Source: a virus
Taxonomy: Duplodnaviria; Caudoviricetes
IMG/VR virus record: IMGVR_UViG_3300028887_000077
Location: 32,001-96,000 of that record
Reading direction: 5' to 3' (one strand)
DNA length: 64,000 bases
Shown: positions 38,408-45,363 of the stretch, in pieces
Position numbering within the stretch: position 1 is the stretch's first letter
How the letters are laid out: each line of letters begins with the position of its first letter
The notes under the pieces: model-generated
The model's database searches: none
Told to the model about the DNA's origin: nothing
What the model saw: the letters and a program-made list of their open reading frames with translations, nothing else
Translations under genes and position numbers: made by a program

Positions 38408-38425
38408 TTTTGAAGGAGAATAGCT

Positions 38426-38788
38426 ATGATGGAAATCGGCTGGCTTGCTCCTGACGGCACCATGATCGAATGCGCACTAATGGACCATGTTGCGACAGCC
38501 GAGGAACTTGCTGAAAAAATGGGCTGGAAGGAATACGATGCAGACTTTAACAGGACTCCTCCTGACGACTTCTTGATGGAGCACGGCTTCGTGCATATCA
38601 CGAGGGGTATGTTCTTCGATCACAACTATCATATAATGCACAAGAAACATTACACGCAGGCACAGAAAGACTGGCTCAAGCCGCGCGTGGAAGACAACTG
38701 GAACGACCTCGATAGTTTTTGTCAGATGGATTGGGGTTGGGAGAACGACGAAGACTATCAAAAAGCATTTGACGAGTATAGAAAATAA
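38426..38788 (+). CDS. Hypothetical protein (GWLAPDG family)
   Basis: GWLAPDG...H...A...LMEHGFVHI...TQAQKDWL. Confidence 0.6.
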   Translation: MMEIGWLAPDGTMIECALMDHVATAEELAEKMGWKEYDADFNRTPPDDFLMEHGFVHITRGMFFDHNYHIMHKKHYTQAQKDWLKPRVEDNWNDLDSFCQMDWGWENDEDYQKAFDEYRK

Positions 38789-38801
38789 AACAAATCAATA
38801 T

Positions 38802-38892
38802 GCGGAACGTAGCTCAGCGGCAGAGCTTCGCTGTAAAAAAGGGGTAAAGCGCGAAACATCCTTGGTCGCCGGTTCGAGTCCGGCCGCTCCGC
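38802..38892 (+). ncRNA. tRNA-like RNA with non-canonical anticodon arm
   Basis: Normal D arm (GCTC/GAGC) and T arm (GCCGG TTCGAGT CCGGC), GCGGAACG/CGCTCCGC acceptor, about 40-nt central region, no CCA. Confidence 0.65.
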
Positions 38893-39396
38893 ACTAGGGC
38901 AAAGTTGTGAGCCCAGTCAGAAAATCAACGGGTGTGCACCAACGAGTTGCATGGTCTACTCGGACCCATGCGAGTACATTTCCATCGTCTAATTGGAGTA
39001 GTTAAAATGCCCGACGACAAGGGAATTAGGCAATTTGCAAGCAGATGCCATGCTGTCCCTGGCATTAGCTTGCCTTCGGCGATGGTAACCAGTCCACCAG
39101 ACCGGAGAAGTGTGACACAGACAAAGGGAACATAGAAGTGTGTCGTCCTACAGAGCGGTGATAACACTAGTCCGCTCACTATAATTAAACACGGAGGGTT
39201 CACAAAGGCAATGGAACAAATGAAGGACAAATTCGACTCAATCATTGACTGCCTGAAAAAGGGCATTCAACCGACGATATGCAATCAGCCAACAGTTGAA
39301 AAATCAGAAACTTGCCAATGTCTTGAAGGTTTAAGGTTGATCAAGTAACACAATCGAACGAAGACAAGGGTTTTGTAAAGAGACAGGATCTTTTAT

Positions 39397-39475
39397 GGGC
39401 CCGAAAGGGGTCGACGTGCGTTAAAGCCTACACGGAAGCGTACGGACGTGGGTTCAACTCCCACCGGGTCCACCA
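39397..39475 (+). ncRNA. tmRNA tRNA-like domain only (mini-tmRNA)
   Basis: GGGCCCG/CGGGTCC acceptor with G3.U70, stemless D-loop ending GGTCGAC, 7-bp P2a, GGAC linker, GTGGG TTCAACT CCCAC, ACCA. Confidence 0.8.
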
Positions 39476-39661
39476 GCAAAGGAGATTAGCGTGTTGTTGT
39501 CCAAACTCCTATCCGGCTTGATCGGAAAACAAAATGACAGGTTCAACAACGGTATGCTTAACGAACCGTTCTAGACGAAAGCAGGAACGGGCGAGATTGC
39601 AATCGGGTTGGTAAACCTCGGTCTTGTACGGCGCCGGAAGTTTCCATCAAACGGAGGAACT

Positions 39662-39976
39662 ATGGACGAAGATATTAGAGTTGGTTTCATCGATCCGACA
39701 AAGATTTGTGTCGAAGATGCACCGCTTGACATGTTTGAGGCAAAGTTCCTCGTTTTGTTGTTGTCTCAGAAATTTGATTTTGTTGACATTTCTCCGAAGG
39801 ACTTTTCTTTTAAGAGGCGTTTTGATATTTCCGGATATAAGAAGGCTGTTGACCGCTTATTTGGATCTCGCGCCGCATGGGAGCGTATGCCGTATCCACC
39901 AAATATGTTATTGCTTTCTATTGAAGCGGATGATGGGCTGATGTTTTTGTTGGTTCGCGGCGACGAACCGCAATAA
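39662..39976 (+). CDS. Hypothetical protein
   Basis: GGAGG RBS before ATG 39662. Confidence 0.5.
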   Translation: MDEDIRVGFIDPTKICVEDAPLDMFEAKFLVLLLSQKFDFVDISPKDFSFKRRFDISGYKKAVDRLFGSRAAWERMPYPPNMLLLSIEADDGLMFLLVRGDEPQ

Positions 39977-40001
39977 AACTTTAAAAAGTTTACAAAAACT
40001 C

Positions 40002-40030
40002 TTGACAAATCATATTGCATATGATATAAT
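40002..40030 (+). promoter_or_regulatory. Sigma-A/70 promoter
   Basis: TTGACA-17-TATAAT. Confidence 0.85.
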
Positions 40031-40062
40031 GTATACGAAAACAAAGAAACGGAGCGGAAATT

Positions 40063-40491
40063 ATGCAGTTTTTTGATGAAGAAATGCTTTATTGCCACGA
40101 GACCAATAAGGTGTATAATGCAGAAATCTACAACGACAGATACTGTTGTGCGTGTGGATCCAAGTGGTGCACACCAGTAGAGGTTACGCGTTCTTATCAG
40201 GCAGAGAACATGTGGTACATTAAGAGGGAAGCCGATATTATCATTAAGGCTTTCGATCGCAGATTTCCTGGATATATTAAGGACCATCTATACGATACAT
40301 ATGTGCGTCTTTACGAATCAGATGTATTTATCGACTTCACCGAAGACGCAGATATCGCGGAGATTGAGCGGTTGATCGACGATCTCAAAGGGTGCGGACT
40401 GGAACCATTTTCTATGAAAAAGGTGTACCACAACGGAAAAGCGGTTTTCTGTTTGGACCTTGTTGCTTCGATTTGTGCAGAGGAGATTTAA
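40063..40491 (+). CDS. Hypothetical protein
   Basis: First ORF after the promoter. Confidence 0.55.
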   Translation: MQFFDEEMLYCHETNKVYNAEIYNDRYCCACGSKWCTPVEVTRSYQAENMWYIKREADIIIKAFDRRFPGYIKDHLYDTYVRLYESDVFIDFTEDADIAEIERLIDDLKGCGLEPFSMKKVYHNGKAVFCLDLVASICAEEI

Positions 40492-40493
40492 GT

Positions 40494-40763
40494 ATGTACG
40501 GAGACGATTTTAAATTTGTTGAGCCGCGCGATGTGAAGGTTTTAGGGCAAACAATGAGATCCGAAAAGAAAAACGAGTATGTTGTTGATCTCATCCTTGC
40601 TCTGGCATGGGCCCAATGGACGACCGATCGCACCAATGATGTCATTCTTTGGATGCGTGCGCTGGATATAGCAGAGGTTTGTGGTGTGAAGCTTCAATGG
40701 GTTGAGATGGCGACGTTCCGGACTTTGAATAAGAAAACGAAGAATAAAAGAGGAGTTTTATGA
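40494..40763 (+). CDS. Hypothetical protein
   Basis: GAGGAG RBS. Confidence 0.5.
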   Translation: MYGDDFKFVEPRDVKVLGQTMRSEKKNEYVVDLILALAWAQWTTDRTNDVILWMRALDIAEVCGVKLQWVEMATFRTLNKKTKNKRGVL

Positions 40764-41131
40764 AGAGAAAGAACTGCGTATCAATCGGCGTAAAAGACGC
40801 CTATCAAATGCTTATTTCTGAGCTCAGATATGGATATACTCGCAACAACCATCTGATGCCGTGGGGCGCCTATGAGCACGTTAAGATTTACCTTCCCGTT
40901 ATGGAAACCATCGACCGGGATTGGGCTCTTAAAACCGCGCAGCAGGCGGCCGAAGAGTGTATCAGTGACGAGTTGAGTATCAGGCTTCGCAACGAGGATC
41001 AACACGGAAACAGAAAGATGGCCGTAGAGTTCGTCGGATATCTTGTGGACTGGATTTGCAAACAAGAAAATGGTTATAGATATATGCCGTACAATTACGA
41101 CCATTTCGTGAGCATGATCGGCGAGGACTAA
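40760..41131 (+). CDS. Hypothetical protein
   Basis: RYGYTRNNHLMP motif; coupled. Confidence 0.55.
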   Translation: MKRKNCVSIGVKDAYQMLISELRYGYTRNNHLMPWGAYEHVKIYLPVMETIDRDWALKTAQQAAEECISDELSIRLRNEDQHGNRKMAVEFVGYLVDWICKQENGYRYMPYNYDHFVSMIGED

Positions 41132-41132
41132 T

Positions 41133-41366
41133 ATGGGCAAGAACCGTTGGCCGAGCTGGATGCTAGATTGGATCGCAGCAGATCAACTCTCTCTTGCCGT
41201 TCTGGGCGCCGCTGTTCGTGCAAGACGAACAGAGCTTGGTTGGTCAAAGGAGGAGTTTGCTGATAAAGCCGGGGTCTCTGTTGATAAGATTGATGAGTGG
41301 GAAAGCGGAGAATACGACTTTCTTCTCTCCGAAATCTTTCATCTTGAAAGAGTGCTCGGCGAATAA
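41133..41366 (+). CDS. XRE-family helix-turn-helix protein
   Basis: VRARRTELGWSKEEFADKAGVS...WESG. Confidence 0.75.
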   Translation: MGKNRWPSWMLDWIAADQLSLAVLGAAVRARRTELGWSKEEFADKAGVSVDKIDEWESGEYDFLLSEIFHLERVLGE

Positions 41367-41369
41367 TAT

Positions 41370-41465
41370 TAGGGTGTAGATAATAGACAGGGGCGACGGT
41401 CGTCCCGGAAGGTAGCAAGGTTGGATTCCCCGACCTACAGGTTCGACTCCTGCTGGTGTGCTCTA
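41370..41465 (+). ncRNA. Candidate T-loop-containing structured RNA
   Basis: TAGGGTGTA/TGTGCTCTA closing stem, two internal hairpins, CAGG TTCGACT CCTG T arm. Confidence 0.45.
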
Positions 41466-41482
41466 AAACCTTACTTTTATAT

Positions 41483-41570
41483 GGAGGCATAGCATAGTTG
41501 GTATAGTGCGCCGGAAGATTGCTCGCGAACGATCTCCGGAGACATTGGTTTGAGTCCAGTTGCTTCTTCC
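41483..41570 (+). ncRNA. tRNA-like RNA with doubled-length anticodon stem
   Basis: GGAGGCA/TGCTTCT, GCAT/GTGC D arm, CCGGA-A-GATTG[CTCGCGAA]CGATC-TCCGG, ATTGG TTTGAGT CCAGT. Confidence 0.65.
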
Positions 41571-41713
41571 CGTAAGTCCACGGAAAGTCCCATGATCAAG
41601 GTAAGCGCGGTGTAAACGCGTGACTTCCGTGGCTGGCCCCAACTATCGGAAAAATAATTCGACAATCGTCGGATTATTTGCATATATACGCGTATTTAAG
41701 AAAGGAGACAAAA

Positions 41714-41971
41714 ATGAAGGTAAACGAGCTTATTTCGATCCTGCAGAAGTGCGATCCGGACCTCGACGTGCTTATGGAAGATTCTCGTACAAGCAACCCA
41801 AACAATGTGATTCCGGTTTCTATGGTGCTTATCGGTGACGACGAATTGTCTAACGCCGTTATCTTCGTGAGAGATCCGGACGAATACGACGACGAGGAAT
41901 ATATGTCCGGCACAGAAGAGCAGAAAGAATATCAGCTTTGCGAAGCCGATCTTCCCCTGGAAACAATGTGA
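41714..41971 (+). CDS. Hypothetical protein
   Basis: MKVNELISILQKCDPDLDV N-terminus; AAAGGAG RBS. Confidence 0.6.
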   Translation: MKVNELISILQKCDPDLDVLMEDSRTSNPNNVIPVSMVLIGDDELSNAVIFVRDPDEYDDEEYMSGTEEQKEYQLCEADLPLETM

Positions 41972-41978
41972 GGTACGT

Positions 41979-42680
41979 ATGAACAACACATTCCCTCCTG
42001 TCTCAAAAGAAGAACAAAAAGGATGGACGAACGAAGATCAGAGCCCTGAGCGCGTCGCGATCATGTCGTCTGCTATGTGGGCCGAGTATTACTGCGGCAA
42101 TCAACAGTATGAAGAGGCCAAGCCGTATGTCGAGAAGCTCAGACTGCTTCTGAATAAGGTGTCTCCGGTCGTTCAAAAGAAATGCGGAAATAGCGTGCGC
42201 GTGAACATGCTGGAACGCATAGAGAGCGAGATTGAGATCGTCGACGCGTTTTTGCCAGAGTATAAAGATATATTCCATTACGTCCCCGCAAGAATGTTCG
42301 ACAAATACAGCGACGCATGGACATCAACGCCGTGTTATGAAAAAGATATGGCTGTTTTATGCAGCGTAAAATCTAATGGATATATGAACAGAGCCACGAC
42401 CAACGTGATGTGTGTTCATTCATATCGTCCAATGCTTTATATACACGCGGCGCCAGAAGACGTTGGGAGTGTGTTTGAGTTTGGCAACAGGGAGTTTGAG
42501 ATTGTTTCTGAAAGCTACGCCTTCTGCACAACGGATGTCGGAAAAGGAGTGTACGCATATCCGGACAATGAAGAACCAAAACTGTTCGATTACGATAATT
42601 CTATCGCCAAAGTGGTGGTAGACATGTGGTTTAAACGAGCCGTCCAGGGTGACGATCTGTCTAATTTTAGGCTGAATTGA
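41979..42680 (+). CDS. Hypothetical protein; C-terminal half homologous to 36133..36609
   Basis: RP.L.I...VG...F...EFE..S...AFC.TD.G...DY..S..K..VD.WF shared. Confidence 0.6.
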   Translation: MNNTFPPVSKEEQKGWTNEDQSPERVAIMSSAMWAEYYCGNQQYEEAKPYVEKLRLLLNKVSPVVQKKCGNSVRVNMLERIESEIEIVDAFLPEYKDIFHYVPARMFDKYSDAWTSTPCYEKDMAVLCSVKSNGYMNRATTNVMCVHSYRPMLYIHAAPEDVGSVFEFGNREFEIVSESYAFCTTDVGKGVYAYPDNEEPKLFDYDNSIAKVVVDMWFKRAVQGDDLSNFRLN

Positions 42681-42917
42681 CTACGAAAAAACCAAATAAA
42701 AGAATCATTTTATTAAATCAGATTTCCAGTAAAATCAAGGGGTTTTCGGAGGCACGTTTTATGTGATTTTTGGCAGCCCGAAGATCCGGCGAGGTTCATA
42801 TAAGCGAAAACGATACTATTAACCAAATCCGAGAATTTTGATTGTTGCGGAGTGCTTGAAAATAAGAGTGTCAAAACATCAAAAATATCGGATTTGGTTA
42901 CTTTCATTTTAATAGGG

Positions 42918-42959
42918 GGGGGCGTGGCGAAACCGGCATACGCATCAGACTCATGATCT
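42918..42959 (+). pseudogene. 5' half of a Leu-type tRNA running into the next ORF
   Basis: GGGGGCG TG GCG AAACCGGCATA CGC A TCAGA CTCATGA TCT; no adjacent T arm. Confidence 0.5.
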
Positions 42960-43339
42960 ATACAACATATTTTGCTAACCTTAAACGACTTCATGGTATA
43001 ACACCAATCGCAATCTGTGCCAAGCCACCGGCTGGATACAACGGGCTATGTTACAGGCGTTTGGCGCCCTCATATGCGACATTAATGGCATACAAGACAA
43101 TTACCGACCAAGATGCGTACATCAAGAGTTATAACGAATCGGTTCTCTCACAACTCGATCCGGTCCGCGTCGTACGCGAATTGTCTGCTCTGTCCCAGAC
43201 AGAAGACTTTGCTTTGGTGTGTTATGAGAGGCCAGACGCTTTCTGCCATAGACATCTTGTGAGAGAGTGGCTGATTCAAAACGGATTCGAATGTGAAGAA
43301 TATCCAAATCAAACTAATAATGGAGGAAACAATGGGTAA
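42953..43339 (+). CDS. DUF488-family protein
   Basis: MIYTTYFA, LAPS, LVCYERPDAFCHRHLV..WL. Confidence 0.75.
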   Translation: MIYTTYFANLKRLHGITPIAICAKPPAGYNGLCYRRLAPSYATLMAYKTITDQDAYIKSYNESVLSQLDPVRVVRELSALSQTEDFALVCYERPDAFCHRHLVREWLIQNGFECEEYPNQTNNGGNNG

Positions 43340-43898
43340 TAAACTTCCGATTGTGGTAAACCTTTTCGCAGGCCCCGGAGCCGGTAAAAGCACCGGCGCG
43401 GCATACATCTTCGCAGAGCTAAAGATCGCGAATGTGAATGCAGAGCTCGTTACAGAGTTTGCCAAAGACCTTGTGTGGCAGCAAGACATGACGGCACTGA
43501 AGAACCAGATCTATGTTCTTGGCAACCAGAGCCTTAGGCTGTCTAGATGTATCGACAAGGTCGATGTGATTGTAACAGACAGTCCGTTGTTAATGAATTG
43601 TACATATTGTTCACAGGACGAACCCTATTATGAGAGCTTTCAGAATGTTGTTTATAGTGATTGGTCGAAGTATAATAACTACAATTTCTTTATTAAGAGG
43701 GTAAAGCCATATAAAAAGGTCGGGCGCCTTCAAGACGAAGAGGGTGCGAAGATCAAAGATGCAGAGATAGCAGGTTGCCTGAATAAGTTTAACGAAAAAT
43801 TTGAATATGTTCCCGGAGATAAAAACGGGTATGACTACATCGTAAAAAAGATTCTTTGCGCTGTTAACAACATTAAGAACGAGGAGGAAAGAAAATGA
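43332..43898 (+). CDS. NadR/Ttd14-type P-loop kinase (AAA_28)
   Basis: NLFAGPGAGKST, EFAKDLVW, VTDSPLL, GRLQ. Confidence 0.75.
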   Translation: MGNKLPIVVNLFAGPGAGKSTGAAYIFAELKIANVNAELVTEFAKDLVWQQDMTALKNQIYVLGNQSLRLSRCIDKVDVIVTDSPLLMNCTYCSQDEPYYESFQNVVYSDWSKYNNYNFFIKRVKPYKKVGRLQDEEGAKIKDAEIAGCLNKFNEKFEYVPGDKNGYDYIVKKILCAVNNIKNEEERK

Positions 43899-44464
43899 AG
43901 AAGTGCATGTACTGCCAAAAGTTCCCGGATAAAAAGTGCCACTGCCTCGCATACACGAAGGCGAAAAGAAAAGACGGAATGGGCTGGCTTCACTATCCGG
44001 AGTGCTGTAAAGAAAAGTGCCCGATCGAGAACCCGGATCTTCTTGAGGGCGCCGATTTTGTGTCCGATAATAAAAATCCGATCCGCAAAAGGATGTATCG
44101 GAAGCAACTTAAAAAGTGTCGAAAGGAGCTGAAAAGAATAGCCAAAACATATGGCGCATTCGATTTTGGCTGGTTGCTCGACATGATGGAGGTTATTTTT
44201 AAAAACTGGGCGCAGTATTATACGCTTGGTTATAACGTTGCCGCCGTCGAACGTTGCGACCTGGCCGATGATTATATTAACAGCGACGACGAAAAGCAGA
44301 GGGATCTGGCAAAGAAGTTTAAAGACATTCCTCGAAGAAGAGAAGTCGCCAAAGTCCTTCTGGAAAAGGTGCGCCTTCTTAAAAACTGGGAAACCGACAC
44401 AAGAGAAAACTTCCAGTCGTTTGGAGAATATCTCGGTAGCTGGCTCCCTTACATGTGGGATTAA
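43895..44464 (+). CDS. Hypothetical protein
   Basis: Coupled ORF, Cys-rich N-terminus, WD C-terminus. Confidence 0.55.
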   Translation: MKKCMYCQKFPDKKCHCLAYTKAKRKDGMGWLHYPECCKEKCPIENPDLLEGADFVSDNKNPIRKRMYRKQLKKCRKELKRIAKTYGAFDFGWLLDMMEVIFKNWAQYYTLGYNVAAVERCDLADDYINSDDEKQRDLAKKFKDIPRRREVAKVLLEKVRLLKNWETDTRENFQSFGEYLGSWLPYMWD

Positions 44465-44479
44465 AATTTTCGCAGGGTC

Positions 44480-44508
44480 TTGACAAACATATGCCCTTGT
44501 GGTATACT
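44480..44508 (+). promoter_or_regulatory. Sigma-A/70 promoter
   Basis: TTGACA-17-TATACT. Confidence 0.8.
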
Positions 44509-44521
44509 ATAGGAGGTAAAG

Positions 44522-44836
44522 ATGATTAATCAAAAAGTTAGAGACTATCTCAACGAAACAGTAAATGAATGTATTATCTTCGAAGACCCGTCGTTCGACA
44601 ACAGTATTATAGGTGTTTCTGACGATGGAAAACACGTCATATACGACTATGAGAAAATGGTCAAGGAATTTGTTAACGATAACAATATTTCAGACGATGA
44701 CGGTGAGGGAGTTATGGAAGCTGTAGATTTTATTGACTACAATACGATCCGGGCTCTTAATTATATGAGCGACGATAATAAGCCTATCGTGGTTATGGAT
44801 ACGCCGCAATTTGAATCTCTTGTCAAGGAGGGATAA
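44522..44836 (+). CDS. Conserved phage hypothetical protein
   Basis: FDNSIIG, YDYEKMV, EAVDFIDYNTIR. Confidence 0.6.
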   Translation: MINQKVRDYLNETVNECIIFEDPSFDNSIIGVSDDGKHVIYDYEKMVKEFVNDNNISDDDGEGVMEAVDFIDYNTIRALNYMSDDNKPIVVMDTPQFESLVKEG

Positions 44837-44859
44837 TGCCGCGGAAACGTGGCGTTTAC

Positions 44860-44948
<89 letters not shown>

Positions 44949-45120
44949 ATCAATATGTCGGTTATAGTATTGGTATTAATATGGCTCGTTCTTGCTGTTG
45001 TATATCTTATTGTGAGATATGTCAACAGAAGAAAACATATCGGAAGAGCATTAAGAAGAAGACGGTATAAGAGATGAATACTGTTTTAGAGATTATTTTT
45101 GAGGATGGTGAAAAGAATAA

Positions 45121-45363
45121 ATGAGTTATCCGAAGCCTTATAATATGGATCATTGTTACTATAAGATACGAAGACGCGGAACAGAGCAAAGGGTTTGCTT
45201 TTCCGATCTTACCTATCAAGAAAGGGAACAGGTTCTTGCCAACCACGATAAGGAGTCACTGATCCGGCTCGCTTGTCATCTTGGCGAATGTTTACATAAC
45301 GCCGGAGCATCAACGGCGATCCTTAGAGCGCTTGTGTCTAATAAAACCGATGAGGAGGAATAA
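45121..45363 (+). CDS. Hypothetical protein
   Basis: VCFSDLT motif; 80 aa. Confidence 0.5.
   Translation: MSYPKPYNMDHCYYKIRRRGTEQRVCFSDLTYQEREQVLANHDKESLIRLACHLGECLHNAGASTAILRALVSNKTDEEE

Larger units (their letters stand above)
27661..42713. repeat. Dispersed palindrome (A/T/C)TAAAA-N6-TTTTA(T/A) at gene boundaries
   Basis: Copies starting at 27661, 28097, 30862, 31106, 36818, 40744, 41463, 42696; also 25007, 16473 (inside a CDS) and variant ATGAAA-N6-TTTTAT at 38205. Confidence 0.7.

Noticed and set aside
39180-39660. Two-piece (circularly permuted) tmRNA or a nearby tag-peptide frame
   Set aside because: The 5' acceptor strand precedes the 3' CCA strand within 79 nt, which is not the permuted order, and neither flanking frame ends in an SsrA-like ..AA tag.
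41398-41420. SRP RNA helix-8-like CCGGAAGG-AGCA
   Set aside because: The conserved CAGG strand of the symmetric loop and the long SRP stem are missing.
41581-41592. RNase P-like GGAAAGTCC
   Set aside because: No matching 3' P4 strand, and the available non-coding space is too short.
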